Shown: positions 1 to 10,013, numbered from the stretch's first letter. The stretch: 64,000 nucleotides of DNA from Candidatus Woesebacteria bacterium GW2011_GWF1_31_35 (GCA_001029755.1 CP011214.1:129754-193753); one strand, 5' to 3'. Numbers and translations are program-made. The notes: a model not told the origin generated them from the sequence alone.

Positions 1-135
1 AAACCAGGACCAAAAGTGGGCGAGATATTAGAAAAATTATTTAATGAAGTGGTTGAAAAAAAGATTGAAAATACAAAAGAAATCTTAATATCAAACCTTA
101 AATCATGTTCTATCAATTCCCCCACCAAAACTTAA
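1..135 (+). CDS. 3' end (C-terminal ~44 aa) of a CCA-adding enzyme / poly(A) polymerase family protein, partial at window edge
   Basis: Frame 1 from base 1 reads KPGPKVGEILEKLFNEVVEKKIENTKEIL... and ends at TAA 133-135. The GP..G..L..L...V....I.NTKE.L pattern matches the C-terminal tail of the tRNA nucleotidyltransferase family. Confidence 0.4.
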   Translation, partial: KPGPKVGEILEKLFNEVVEKKIENTKEILISNLKSCSINSPTKT

Positions 136-321
136 TTTCTCTGTTCTTCCATCAGACCTTTTAACTTTTACTATAATATTTGGATTATTTTCTTGGATCA
201 CTTTAACTTCTAAAACTTGGGCAAACAAAAATTCACCTTTAATGCTACCGTCACCTTTTGAATTAATTCGAACACGAATAGTTTGATCTTTTGTTAATTT
301 ATTTATTTCATCTCTTTCCAT
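103..321 (-). CDS. hypothetical small protein (72 aa), beta-rich, Lys/Gly-rich
   Basis: ORF directly downstream of secF with coding-like codon usage. No recognisable family and no SD. Converges on the plus-strand fragment with a 33-nt overlap. Confidence 0.35.
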   Translation of the reverse strand: MERDEINKLTKDQTIRVRINSKGDGSIKGEFLFAQVLEVKVIQENNPNIIVKVKRSDGRTEKLSFGGGIDRT

Positions 322-348
322 CGTAGGGAGGATTATATAAGATAAATA

Positions 349-1140
349 TTATTTTTTCCACTTCTTCTTTTGAATGTCATCCCAAGTAACAAGAATTGGA
401 ACAGCAACAAATGGGGAAGAATAAGTTCCTGAAATTGTTCCTATAAGGAGGGCTACTGCAAACCAACGAATAGTGTCTCCTCCTAATAATACTAAGGAAA
501 CAAGCATAAAAATAATTGTAAATGAATTATTTAGTGACCTTACCATCGTTTCTGTAAGTGCCCTATTTGCAATATTATAAAATTCTCCACCTTCTTTTTT
601 CTGCTTTTCCCTAATTCTGTCATAAACAACAATTGTGTCATGAACTGAAAATGAAAGTGATGTTAAAACAGCTGTTACGAAAAGAAAATCAACTTCAACT
701 TTGAAAAAATGCCCCAAAATAGAAAACATACCTATTAAAACTATACTGTCATGAAGTGTAGCTAAAGTCGCAGATACTCCAAATTTTAGACTTTTAAATT
801 GAATCACTATCCAACAAAGAATTAATGAAGTTCCAATAATTAATGCATAAACTGTCTTTTTAATAAGCTCGGGTCCTATTGATGGCCCCACCGTTTCAAA
901 ACGAAGTTCTGTAGCACCTTGGTTTTTAAAATCTAGTCTAATTTTATCAATTTCTTCATTAGTTTTTACAGGATACTTAAAAGTTTTAATTTCTCCATTT
1001 GTAAATTTATATTCAGCAACAACTCCTCCTGTAAAATCAACTCCAAGATTTAGTCCCCATTTAATAAGACTGAAAGTTCCAGACACTAAAAAGACTAAAG
1101 AAATAATTAAATAAAGTAACCTAAATTTCATCCAGTTCAT
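349..1140 (-). CDS. secF: protein translocase subunit SecF
   Basis: Multi-TM protein with LGVDFTGG motif, immediately downstream of and overlapping secD. Confidence 0.9.
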   Translation of the reverse strand: MNWMKFRLLYLIISLVFLVSGTFSLIKWGLNLGVDFTGGVVAEYKFTNGEIKTFKYPVKTNEEIDKIRLDFKNQGATELRFETVGPSIGPELIKKTVYALIIGTSLILCWIVIQFKSLKFGVSATLATLHDSIVLIGMFSILGHFFKVEVDFLFVTAVLTSLSFSVHDTIVVYDRIREKQKKEGGEFYNIANRALTETMVRSLNNSFTIIFMLVSLVLLGGDTIRWFAVALLIGTISGTYSSPFVAVPILVTWDDIQKKKWKK

Positions 1141-2414
1141 TTTTCTTTAATAAATAATCTCAATAAGTTCCTGGTTACAATTATGCCAGTAAAAAGTGAA
1201 ATTCCAATTCCTAAAGCAAGTGTTATAGCAAAACCTCTGACAGGACCTGATACATTCAAAAAACTCCAATCAAGAGGGTTAGCTAAAATAAATGCCGTTA
1301 CCAGAGTCGCAATATTGGCATCTCTAATAGAATCCCAAGCTCTTCCAAAAGAAACTTCTAGTGCATCATAAATTGGTCTTACTTTAGTTTCCTCTTTTAA
1401 TCTTTCAAAAATTAGAATATTACTGTCAACCGCCATACCAACAGAAAGTAAAAATCCTGCAATTCCGGGAAGTGTTAAAACTACAGGAATTAATTTATAT
1501 AAAGCTAGAGTTATAATTCCAAAAACGATTAATCCAATATCTGCAATTAATCCATATTTTCCATATAATAAAATCATAAATAGACTTACCATTATTAGAC
1601 CAATTATTCCTGCTTTAATACTTTTATTGATTGAATCAGCACCTAATGTAGCACCTACAGTTTTCTCTTCGACCAATTTTATAGGAATAGGTAAGGCACC
1701 TGCGTTTAATTGAACTTCTAGTTTTTTAGCCTCTTCCAGAGTAAAATTTCCTGATATTTGGGCTTGACCTCCTGTAATTTTTTCATTAACGACGGGAGCT
1801 GAAACTAAATCATTATCTAAAATAATTGCAAGGGGTTTTCCAATATTTTTCCCTGTTATAATTTCAAATTTTTTTGCACCCTCTTCATTAAAAACAATGG
1901 AAATTGCAGGTTTCCCTGTATTTTTATCAAAAACTACATCAGCAGATTTTAAATCAGCACCCGTTAAGTTAGTAGGATTTATTATTGCTGAAGGTGAAGC
2001 TTCTTGTACCTCTGCAAAAACCAATTGAGCTGTTTGACCAATTAAATTAACGGCTTCTTTTGGATCATTTACCCCTGGAAGTTCAACAATTATTCTATCT
2101 TTACCTTCAAAATTAGAAGTCTGTACATTAGGTTCTGAAACACCAAAAAAATTTACTCTTTTTTCAATTATATTTCTTAAAGAGTCCAAAGCTTTTCCCT
2201 TGCTTCCAGTGTCAAGTTTTGAAGTATCTGCCTCAAAAACTAAATGACTTCCACCTGATAGATCAAGTCCCAGTACTAGATCAAATTTTTTATCAATTTT
2301 AAAATTACCTAGTTTAAAATTAAACCTAGCACTAGGATAGCTTATGAATCCACAAGCTAAAGTTAACAGAAGTATTAATATTATCCTAACCAACAAGTTC
2401 TTCTTCATCTCCAA
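1137..2414 (-). CDS. secD: protein translocase subunit SecD
   Basis: LGLDLSGGSHLVFEAD motif, periplasmic domain plus C-terminal 6-TM bundle. The start probably lies a few codons in (MKKNLL). Confidence 0.9.
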   Translation of the reverse strand: MEMKKNLLVRIILILLLTLACGFISYPSARFNFKLGNFKIDKKFDLVLGLDLSGGSHLVFEADTSKLDTGSKGKALDSLRNIIEKRVNFFGVSEPNVQTSNFEGKDRIIVELPGVNDPKEAVNLIGQTAQLVFAEVQEASPSAIINPTNLTGADLKSADVVFDKNTGKPAISIVFNEEGAKKFEIITGKNIGKPLAIILDNDLVSAPVVNEKITGGQAQISGNFTLEEAKKLEVQLNAGALPIPIKLVEEKTVGATLGADSINKSIKAGIIGLIMVSLFMILLYGKYGLIADIGLIVFGIITLALYKLIPVVLTLPGIAGFLLSVGMAVDSNILIFERLKEETKVRPIYDALEVSFGRAWDSIRDANIATLVTAFILANPLDWSFLNVSGPVRGFAITLALGIGISLFTGIIVTRNLLRLFIKEK

Positions 2415-2970
2415 TTATCATTACACGACTCCCAGAAAGTATCCCTAACAAAAATGGATCTCTTCTTTTCTTTCTATATTCAAGTTCTTCTCTAGTCATA
2501 ACTGTATAATTTATTTCCCTGTTTATTTTAGATTCATGAATACGTATTACAGAAGCAAGTTCAGGAAGAACAACTTCCCCAACTACCAAAATATCTATAT
2601 CGTCTTCATTCTTTTTAGATTTTCCTCTAGCAAATTTTCCAGAAAACATAATAAAACTTACTTTTCCAAATTTTGATTTAGAATCAACTAAAATTTTACC
2701 TAATCCTGTCGATTTTGAAGCAATTGATAAAATGTCACCAAATAATGGATAATCCGTCCTTAAAAAATAATAAACTCTATTTCCACGAGGTTCTTTTTTT
2801 AAAATTCCCTCAGATTCTAATTTTTCAAGCTCACGTCTAACAGCATTTATTTCTTCACCTATTTCACGGACAATCCCTCTAACATGATACATTTCAGCTA
2901 TGTTGGAATAGAAAAGCTCCAATATTTTGACTCTTACTTTCGAAGTAATAATGTCTGAAAGACTAGCCAT
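2386..2970 (-). CDS. winged-HTH transcriptional regulator fused to a minimal nucleotidyltransferase (MNT) domain
   Basis: N-terminal wHTH (ILKKEPRGNRVYYFL). The C-terminal FSGKFARGKSKKNEDDIDILV matches the GSx9-13DxD pol-beta NTase signature. Confidence 0.6.
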   Translation of the reverse strand: MASLSDIITSKVRVKILELFYSNIAEMYHVRGIVREIGEEINAVRRELEKLESEGILKKEPRGNRVYYFLRTDYPLFGDILSIASKSTGLGKILVDSKSKFGKVSFIMFSGKFARGKSKKNEDDIDILVVGEVVLPELASVIRIHESKINREINYTVMTREELEYRKKRRDPFLLGILSGSRVMIIGDEEELVG

Positions 2971-2988
2971 ATTTTTATTTGAGGCAGA

Positions 2989-4212
2989 CTAATAACTTAC
3001 ACTATTAACTGATGGTACCACTTCTATCCAAATTTGTCCTCTAACAAACGGTATTTCAACTCCTTCACCATCTAAAAACTTTGTTCTTGCTACTCCAGTT
3101 GCTTTCTCCCATGTACCTTCAATTACTATACCATTTTGAAAGACTTTTGCCTTACCAGTTCCAGTTACTGTATAAAGCATATGATGTTCTTTGTCTACAG
3201 GACCTTCTTCTTTAACATACATAATAACCACATTCTTTGTAGATAATTGCTGTTTACTTTCTAAATCAATGTGTTCTTTACCTCCTGTAAATCTTAAGTA
3301 TTTATTATTTACAGAATCATATTTCCAATTTACATTATAGTCAGACATACTATCCCAAAATGGAAACTCTATATTACTAGCCGTTGCTGTTTGTGGTTTG
3401 TCATCTATAAATTTCCAAGATTTAAAACTATCACTCCAAGCTTTTTCGTTTTCATCAACAGCACCAAAAACTCTTTTTGTTGCCTCTTCATAAATTTTAT
3501 CAACAGAACCAACTTTTTGATGTTCTGTAGCAAGGTTCATACGTCTGTCATCAGTAAATAATGCTGGGTAACCTGTATTTGTAGCTCCATTCATGTCAGA
3601 ACCATACCTTCCATTAACCCAACCAATTTTTTCCAGAAGTCTATACGCATCTACTCTTGGATCGATATCTCCATAGGGTTTTACACCTCCTGGACAGTTA
3701 TTACAAATATTGTTTGCTCCTCCCCAATGAACAAATAATGGATTACTACCGTACTCTAATGCTAAATTAACAAAATAAACTCTAGCACTTCTAATTTGGC
3801 CAATTATGTAGTCATTGTCTGCAACCCCACAATAAAAAACTGCTAAAAATCTTGTAATTCCACCCTCAGCAACTGCTTCATAAACCACATCAGCATTTGA
3901 AAGGCCTGATTGTGGACGTGATTCCAAATGGTTTTCTATAACTGCTAAAATTGGACGCCTTGTCTCCCAAATATCTTTTTCTGCCTTTGTGTACATCGCT
4001 CCATTTATAGGACAAGCATCAGTTTTAGGTTTTGAAAGATCAACTCTAGATACTTTACCGGTACTGCTAGTACCAGTTTTCACAATAGATGTATCTTTGA
4101 CAAGAAATGTAAATCCAGCTAAAGACACTCCTGTTGAAACTAAGAATAGTCCTAAAAATCCTAAAACTAGTGTAAAATTTTTTGAACTTATTATTTTTTT
4201 AAACTTTTCCAT
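2989..4212 (-). CDS. secreted/membrane-anchored protein, DUF3048-like (family assignment tentative)
   Basis: N-terminal TM/signal anchor and a large extracytoplasmic domain (EAVAEGGITRFLAVF). The family was recalled from memory, not searched. Confidence 0.5.
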   Translation of the reverse strand: MEKFKKIISSKNFTLVLGFLGLFLVSTGVSLAGFTFLVKDTSIVKTGTSSTGKVSRVDLSKPKTDACPINGAMYTKAEKDIWETRRPILAVIENHLESRPQSGLSNADVVYEAVAEGGITRFLAVFYCGVADNDYIIGQIRSARVYFVNLALEYGSNPLFVHWGGANNICNNCPGGVKPYGDIDPRVDAYRLLEKIGWVNGRYGSDMNGATNTGYPALFTDDRRMNLATEHQKVGSVDKIYEEATKRVFGAVDENEKAWSDSFKSWKFIDDKPQTATASNIEFPFWDSMSDYNVNWKYDSVNNKYLRFTGGKEHIDLESKQQLSTKNVVIMYVKEEGPVDKEHHMLYTVTGTGKAKVFQNGIVIEGTWEKATGVARTKFLDGEGVEIPFVRGQIWIEVVPSVNSVSY

Positions 4213-4219
4213 ATTTATT

Positions 4220-4669
4220 TTATTTTAAAGCAATTTTTAATGCATTACTTTCTTCTTTAGAAAGATCTAACTTTGTCTTTCCTAAAAATACTTCTTTTAG
4301 ATAAAACCTTGTCCTCTCTCGAGTATGAAGGCTAGTAATAATAATACCATTTTTATTTCCATCTAAAAGTGCCAAAGAAAAACTATGATCTCCACCTGTT
4401 TCGTTAAATGGATTAAATTTCACTAAACCAACTTTTTGAATATGCAATTTAGATTCATCTTTTAATTGTTCTAATCTTAAATTTAATTCTTTGATACCTA
4501 TTGAATTATCGCTTTGAATATCTTGAATATTTTTAAAAGTCTTAATAAAATCTTTATCCTTAGAATTCTTAACTAAATTTTTTAGAACAAAATAAGCCCA
4601 AACAATTAAAATTGTCAAAATAGTCAGCCAAACAATTGCAATTACACTTAGTATTAGGTTAATATCCAT
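4220..4669 (-). CDS. membrane-anchored hypothetical protein (DUF4446-like, tentative)
   Basis: Single N-terminal TM helix followed by a conserved-looking HSFSLALLD core. Confidence 0.5.
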   Translation of the reverse strand: MDINLILSVIAIVWLTILTILIVWAYFVLKNLVKNSKDKDFIKTFKNIQDIQSDNSIGIKELNLRLEQLKDESKLHIQKVGLVKFNPFNETGGDHSFSLALLDGNKNGIIITSLHTRERTRFYLKEVFLGKTKLDLSKEESNALKIALK

Positions 4670-4699
4670 ATATATTAATATAAAGGATAACTTAATCTA

Positions 4700-4930
4700 A
4701 TGGCAAAAAAAAGAACCAAGAAACAAAAACAGATGGCTGAATCTAGGCATGTCAATACCCAATTAGTTTATAGCTTCAAGGGATCATTTGATAAAAAATC
4801 AAAAATTAAAAACGCCAGTATTACGGAGAATTATGAAGGTTTAGGCTCAATCAAGAAAGATCTATTTAAAAGCCTTATTATTGCCTTCTTAATCCTAATT
4901 AGCCTTACAGTGATATACTTACTTTCGTAA
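4700..4930 (+). CDS. small hypothetical protein with C-terminal TM helix
   Basis: 76-aa ORF with a Lys-rich N-terminus and a hydrophobic C-terminus. First gene of a short plus-strand trio. Confidence 0.4.
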   Translation: MAKKRTKKQKQMAESRHVNTQLVYSFKGSFDKKSKIKNASITENYEGLGSIKKDLFKSLIIAFLILISLTVIYLLS

Positions 4931-4953
4931 AGTTTTAAGGGGGTGATTTAATT

Positions 4954-5091
4954 ATGATGTACTGCGTAAAATGTAGAACAAAGAGAGAAGGTAAAGATTC
5001 ACAAGCCGTAACCATGAAGAATGGTAAAAAAGCTACAAAAGCTGTTTGTGAAGTTTGTGGAACAACAATGTTCAAGATCGGTGGAAATTAA
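4954..5091 (+). CDS. small zinc-ribbon protein (45 aa, two CxxC pairs)
   Basis: Found by eye: good SD (AAGGGGGTG) 6 nt upstream. Sequence MMYCVKCRTKREGKDSQAVTMKNGKKATKAVCEVCGTTMFKIGGN. Below the ORF-track size cut-off. Confidence 0.55.
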   Translation: MMYCVKCRTKREGKDSQAVTMKNGKKATKAVCEVCGTTMFKIGGN

Positions 5092-5671
5092 TTTTGAACA
5101 AGTGTTTAAAACCTTCAGGAGGAACTACAAGCTAGTGCCTCTTGAAGTGTTTGGTGATAACCCATATAAAACATTAATCTCCACGATTCTTTCTTCCAGA
5201 ACTAAAGATGAGGTAACCTTAAAAGCTTCAAAAAGATTATTTAAAATTGCACCAACATTAAAAGAATTATCTAAATTAAAAGAATCACAAATTAAAAAAC
5301 TAATATACCCCGTTGGATTTTATAAAACAAAAGCAAGACATTTAATTAAATTAGCTAAAATGATAAACAAAATTCCAAACACCAAAGAAGGACTAATTAA
5401 ACTTCCTGGGGTTGGAATAAAAACTGCAAATTTAACTTTAAACAGAGCTTTTAATGTCCCAGCAATTTCAGTTGACACCCATGTTCATAAAATTACTAAT
5501 TTATTAGGCTGGGTAAAAACAAAAACACCGGACCAGACTGAAAAGGAATTAAATAAAATTTTACCTAAAAAATACTGGAAAGATATAAATCGTTATTTTG
5601 TTTCAATTGGAAGACAATATACAACAAAAAAGAAATTGATTAAATTTTTTAATTCTCAAGGATTATTGTAA
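5081..5671 (+). CDS. HhH-GPD family DNA glycosylase (endonuclease III-like), apparently without the C-terminal 4Fe-4S cysteine cluster
   Basis: LISTILSSRTKDE, the HhH motif LPGVGIKTANLTL and VDTHVHKI are present. There is no Cys cluster at the C-terminus. The track start at 5021 overlaps the zinc-ribbon gene by 71 nt. GTG at 5081 gives an Nth-like N-terminal length. Confidence 0.75.
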   Translation: MEINFEQVFKTFRRNYKLVPLEVFGDNPYKTLISTILSSRTKDEVTLKASKRLFKIAPTLKELSKLKESQIKKLIYPVGFYKTKARHLIKLAKMINKIPNTKEGLIKLPGVGIKTANLTLNRAFNVPAISVDTHVHKITNLLGWVKTKTPDQTEKELNKILPKKYWKDINRYFVSIGRQYTTKKKLIKFFNSQGLL

Positions 5672-6092
5672 CTGGACCATCAAGAAAAGTATCAATTTCC
5701 ATATATTCTCCAAACTCACCTGTTTCTACATGAATATTTTTTAATTTTAATTTTTCAATAAAGTACTCATAGATTTCTTTTGCTTTAATTGGCTCTTCTA
5801 CTTCTATAAACGAAGGTCTATTTCCATCTTTTGTGTTTGCATATAAAGTGAATTGAGAAACTACTAAACAATTTGAATTTGTATCGACAATAGATAAATT
5901 CATTTTATTATTAACGTCTGACATTATTCTTAATTTAGAAACCTTTTTAACCAATTCATCAACTTTTTCTTTTGTATCTCCCTTTTTAACCCCAAAAAGA
6001 ATGAAAAGTCCTTTTTCTATTTTTCCAACAACTTTATTTGTATTTTTAACTGTTACAGAAGCTTTATTAACTCTTTGAATAACGAGTTTCAT
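5649..6092 (-). CDS. dtd: D-aminoacyl-tRNA deacylase
   Basis: 147 aa with the SQFTL motif, C-terminal GPVTI and typical Dtd length. Confidence 0.85.
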   Translation of the reverse strand: MKLVIQRVNKASVTVKNTNKVVGKIEKGLFILFGVKKGDTKEKVDELVKKVSKLRIMSDVNNKMNLSIVDTNSNCLVVSQFTLYANTKDGNRPSFIEVEEPIKAKEIYEYFIEKLKLKNIHVETGEFGEYMEIDTFLDGPVTIILEN

Positions 6093-6110
6093 ATTAAATC
6101 TAATTCTAAC

Positions 6111-6133
6111 AAAAATCCCTTAATTTCTTAAGG
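6111..6133 (-). terminator. hairpin CCUUAAGAAAUUAAGG plus U-tract just 3' of rnpB
   Basis: Perfect 6-bp palindrome CCTTAA/TTAAGG at 6118-6133, followed on the minus strand by GAUUUUU. Confidence 0.4.
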
Positions 6134-6142
6134 AATTTAAAA

Positions 6143-6454
6143 AATGCTTTAGAGGCTAGTAAGCCAGGTTCTGTTTCTCGACAATTATCTATCTACGCCC
6201 TCATACCTTGAGCCTCGGGAAGACATCCTTAGATTCGCCAAAGGCGAAATGGCTCGTTCGGAGGTTGCAGCGAGGAGGATTGCCCGTTTCACCCAAATTC
6301 TTCCTTTAGGGAAGAGCTTGAATCGTCTCTGTTGCTCTAACTGGCCTCCCTTTTACGGGAGTCTCCAGCTTACGCTGGACACCCTGTCTTCTGCTGCCTG
6401 GACTTTCCTCTATAGTCTTAACAACTACAGCAATTGTCCTGCCTCTAAAGCAAA
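6143..6454 (-). ncRNA. rnpB: RNase P RNA, bacterial type A, compact
   Basis: A GC-rich island in an AT-rich genome. The minus strand contains the universally conserved GAGGAAAGUCCAGGC (P4 5' strand), ACAGAACCUGGCUUAC (P4 3' strand), CAGGGUGUCCAGCGUAAGCUGG and GGGUGAAACGGG. P1 pairs UGCUUUAGAGGC at the 5' end with GCCUCUAAAGCA at the 3' end. Confidence 0.85.
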
Positions 6455-6475
6455 AGGTATTATATCAAAATTCTA

Positions 6476-7450
6476 TCATTCTTTCCCAAATCGGCCTTCA
6501 AGAAGAGTTTTTGCAATTATTACTAGAGGTATTGAAATTATCATTCCCACAATTCCAGCAAGTCTTGAACCTATTGCAAGTGCAAGAAGTGTAACAATAG
6601 GTGAAACACCCGTGGATTTTTCCATAATTTTTGGTACAAAAACATAATTTTCCAGCTGTTGAATTAAAAAGGCCAGCCCAATTGTAGCAAAACCTACAAA
6701 CGGAGAAATACTAAATCCTAATATTATCGCGGGGATTGCAGCAATAACTGGTCCTACAAAAGGTACTATTTCAAAAAGTCCTGAAAGCATTGCTAGTGGA
6801 AGCGCATAAGGGATACCTAAGATTATAAAACCGATATAACTTAAGGTTCCAACTAAAAGCATTAAGAAAAACTGTCCTCTTGCCCATCCACCAAGTCTAT
6901 TCTCAAGTCTATCTACTAATGTAGAAATACTTTTACTTTTTTCTCTACCGAAAAGTGGTTCTAAATTTTGATCAAATTTATCTTTCATTAATAAAAGATA
7001 GAAGGCAAAAATAGCAATTGTTAAAATACTTAATATATTTGTAAACAATGAAAAACCCGCCTTAACAATTTGGCCAGGAACAGAACCTAGTTGGGATATA
7101 ATTTGTTTTAATACTTCTCCATTTGCATATTTATTTATTCCTAAATCTTGTAAATATTTTGGAAGATTGTTTGCAAGATTTGTAGTTTGTTCTACAAGTG
7201 GAGGAAGTAGAGTAGCAACTGCCAAACCAAGTACTCCAAAGATGACAACATATGAAATAAGAACTGAAATACCTTTTGGAATTTTAAATTTTGAAAGCTT
7301 GTTTATCAATGGATTTAAGACAGACATTAATATTAAAGCTACAAAAAGTTGAAGAACTATATCTTTGATAAAAAACAAAAACCACAAAAGACCTAAAAAG
7401 GCGACTGTAAAAATTATTGTTTTATGAGAAATTTCAATTTTTCTAGGCAT
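6476..7450 (-). CDS. AI-2E family transporter (PerM/UPF0118)
   Basis: Eight-TM topology with the characteristic family core. Confidence 0.75.
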   Translation of the reverse strand: MPRKIEISHKTIIFTVAFLGLLWFLFFIKDIVLQLFVALILMSVLNPLINKLSKFKIPKGISVLISYVVIFGVLGLAVATLLPPLVEQTTNLANNLPKYLQDLGINKYANGEVLKQIISQLGSVPGQIVKAGFSLFTNILSILTIAIFAFYLLLMKDKFDQNLEPLFGREKSKSISTLVDRLENRLGGWARGQFFLMLLVGTLSYIGFIILGIPYALPLAMLSGLFEIVPFVGPVIAAIPAIILGFSISPFVGFATIGLAFLIQQLENYVFVPKIMEKSTGVSPIVTLLALAIGSRLAGIVGMIISIPLVIIAKTLLEGRFGKE

Positions 7451-8414
7451 CGGAAGTATTATCCCATTTTTCGACTAAATTTTCCACATTTTTAGGATAT
7501 TTTGGACTTGTTATGTCAAACCAATTTATCCTTTTATCTTTCTTAAACCAAGTAAGTTGTCTTTTGACATATTTCATTTCATTCTTATTCCATTTGTCAA
7601 TAAATTCTTCATAAGTTAAACCTTCTTTAAAAAATGCTTCAGATTCTTTATATCCCAAAGAATTCATTGATTGATGTTTCCATGAAACTCCAATCTTAAG
7701 TAAATTTTCAACTTCATCAATAAACCCTTCATTCATTCTTTTATCAACTCTATTTTTAATATTTTTAATATGAATATCCTTAGGTGTAGTCAACCCAATA
7801 AATAAAGTTTTTACATTTTCATCTAATACTTCTTTTCTATCTTCAACTACCTGTTTTTGTTTTCCATTTTCAATATTCCATACCGCAATTTCAATTGCAC
7901 GAATTAATCTTCTAGAATTTTTTTTATCTGATAAATTTAAAGATGCCGCTTTTGAACTATCAAGAACAGCAAGTTTATCGAAAAGTTCATCTATAGTTTT
8001 ATCAACTAATGTATTCCTTAAATCATCATTTTTTGGTATATCAACTGTGGGAATTCCATCTACCAAACTCTTTATATAAAGACCAGTTCCTCCAACAATT
8101 ATTGGTAATTTATTTCTTACCCAAATATCAGTAATTGCCATTTTCATTAATCTAAAATATTCAGACACGCTAAAATTTTTATTTGGATCGGTTAAATCAT
8201 AACCCCAAATTTTTATCCCCTCTCCCCATTCTTTTCCGGTTCCAATATCCATATACTTATACACCTGTCTTGAATCAGCAGAAATTATTTCGCCATTAAA
8301 TTTTTTAGCTAAATCAATTCCAAGTGTAGTTTTACCTGTAGCAGTTGGCCCACAAATGACAAGAATTTTATGTCGAAGTTTAAAACTATGTTTATTCATA
8401 TTAACTACTTGCAC
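7443..8414 (-). CDS. miaA: tRNA dimethylallyltransferase
   Basis: P-loop ICGPTATGKT and ADSRQVY motif. Confidence 0.9.
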   Translation of the reverse strand: MQVVNMNKHSFKLRHKILVICGPTATGKTTLGIDLAKKFNGEIISADSRQVYKYMDIGTGKEWGEGIKIWGYDLTDPNKNFSVSEYFRLMKMAITDIWVRNKLPIIVGGTGLYIKSLVDGIPTVDIPKNDDLRNTLVDKTIDELFDKLAVLDSSKAASLNLSDKKNSRRLIRAIEIAVWNIENGKQKQVVEDRKEVLDENVKTLFIGLTTPKDIHIKNIKNRVDKRMNEGFIDEVENLLKIGVSWKHQSMNSLGYKESEAFFKEGLTYEEFIDKWNKNEMKYVKRQLTWFKKDKRINWFDITSPKYPKNVENLVEKWDNTSDA

Positions 8415-9213
8415 TAGAATATTTTTTTAAGGCGAAATTCCAAAATTTAAATGAAAGCATTAAAAGAGCAATCCCAAATATTAAAGTAGAAACAATCCCC
8501 AAGGGATTAACTAGACCCATTAACGCTTTTGCAGGAAGAGTCATCATTACACCAACTGGAATTAAAAACGTAAGTATTCCTTTTAAAGGTTCTTTATAAA
8601 TATCAACAGGAAGTCTGCCCATAGAAGTTAAGTCTCTATAAATCATTATTGTATGATCAATTTCCAAAGTAATTATTCCAAATGATAAAACTACTACATG
8701 AAATGCAGTAGCTATCAATAATCCATTAATTATTAACAATATATAATAAAATATTTGTAACAAGGATGGGGAAAGAAGGGAACCTATATAAACTACAACT
8801 GCAATAATTGGGGGAATTGTAATTAAATCAACCGGATCAGGTCCACCCATTAATACTCTAAAAAGTGCGTTTACAGGCTTAACCAATATTAAATCCAAAT
8901 CTCCCGAAATAACTAGTGGTCTAAAGCTATATACACTTCTGAAGAAAAACTGGGCTAGAGTATCTATTAATACATAAGTTGCTGTAAAAAATAATATTTG
9001 ATTACTTTCATATCCTGCAAGCCCTTTGGTTTGACCAACTAAAAAATATAAAAATCCAAAATAGAAAATATATCTAATTACTTTGCCTAATAAAAATAAT
9101 GGCAAACTACTTCTACTTGCTAACCAAATAAGAAGAGAATTTTTAGCCATTAAGATCCATATCTTAAAATAAAACTTACATTTTTTGCTGATACTTTTTA
9201 TATTAATAATCAT
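8401..9213 (-). CDS. ABC-2 type transporter permease
   Basis: Six-TM permease in an operon with the upstream ATPase. Confidence 0.7.
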   Translation of the reverse strand: MIINIKSISKKCKFYFKIWILMAKNSLLIWLASRSSLPLFLLGKVIRYIFYFGFLYFLVGQTKGLAGYESNQILFFTATYVLIDTLAQFFFRSVYSFRPLVISGDLDLILVKPVNALFRVLMGGPDPVDLITIPPIIAVVVYIGSLLSPSLLQIFYYILLIINGLLIATAFHVVVLSFGIITLEIDHTIMIYRDLTSMGRLPVDIYKEPLKGILTFLIPVGVMMTLPAKALMGLVNPLGIVSTLIFGIALLMLSFKFWNFALKKYSSASS

Positions 9214-10013
9214 CTTCCAACTGCTTCATATACCTTTAATCCCTTTAACCAAATTCTTTTCATTATTATTAATAAAATAAAACACCAAATTGTACCTATT
9301 CCCAAACTTACTAATATTTCTTGATAATTTAAATTACCCAAATATATTTTAATTGGTACAAACACAAGATATGGAAATGGAGTTATTTTAAGTATTTTAT
9401 AAACCCCCATTGGTAATACATCTAAAGGAAAAAAAGAACCTGACAAAAATTCAGTGACTACCACAATAAATAAAAATTGTGACCCCCAAGCAATTTCTGG
9501 AAACCAAAAGGGGATAAAGCTTATTATCATTGAAATTGCGAAAAAAATTATAATTGCAACAATTATAGAAATAATAAAAAAAACTACATAAAGAAAACTT
9601 GTTTGAAAAAATAAATTAGGTTTCAAAAATATTAAAAGTAAAGTTATTTCTAAAAGACTAAATATAATATTTAAGAATTTACTAGATAAATCTCTTGTTA
9701 TCCAATATTTAAAAAAATTTACAGGTTTAACTAAAAAGTTTGAAAGTTCTCCTCTTGATATTTGCCCTGAAACATCTACAGATCTAGAAGATAATGTTAT
9801 TGCTCTTATTACCAATAACATAAACGCATATGTTAATATTTTTTCCTTGTTATAGCCTAATAAATCTCCTGTTCTATTTTCAAAAACTGCATTCCAAAGA
9901 AAGAAAAAAACCAGTATCTGCATCACATTCCTAATTCTCCACATAACAAAATTTAATTTATATGCAAACTCTTGTTGGAAAGAAATCCTAAAAATTGAAA
10001 GAAACTTCTTCAT
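9210..10013 (-). CDS. ABC-2 type transporter permease
   Basis: Second polytopic permease, overlapping its neighbours by 4 nt. Confidence 0.7.
   Translation of the reverse strand: MKKFLSIFRISFQQEFAYKLNFVMWRIRNVMQILVFFFLWNAVFENRTGDLLGYNKEKILTYAFMLLVIRAITLSSRSVDVSGQISRGELSNFLVKPVNFFKYWITRDLSSKFLNIIFSLLEITLLLIFLKPNLFFQTSFLYVVFFIISIIVAIIIFFAISMIISFIPFWFPEIAWGSQFLFIVVVTEFLSGSFFPLDVLPMGVYKILKITPFPYLVFVPIKIYLGNLNYQEILVSLGIGTIWCFILLIIMKRIWLKGLKVYEAVGR

Noticed and set aside
6249-6647. 132-aa plus-strand ORF
   Set aside because: It lies over the RNase P RNA gene and the 3' end of the AI-2E transporter. The GC-rich RNA explains the open frame.
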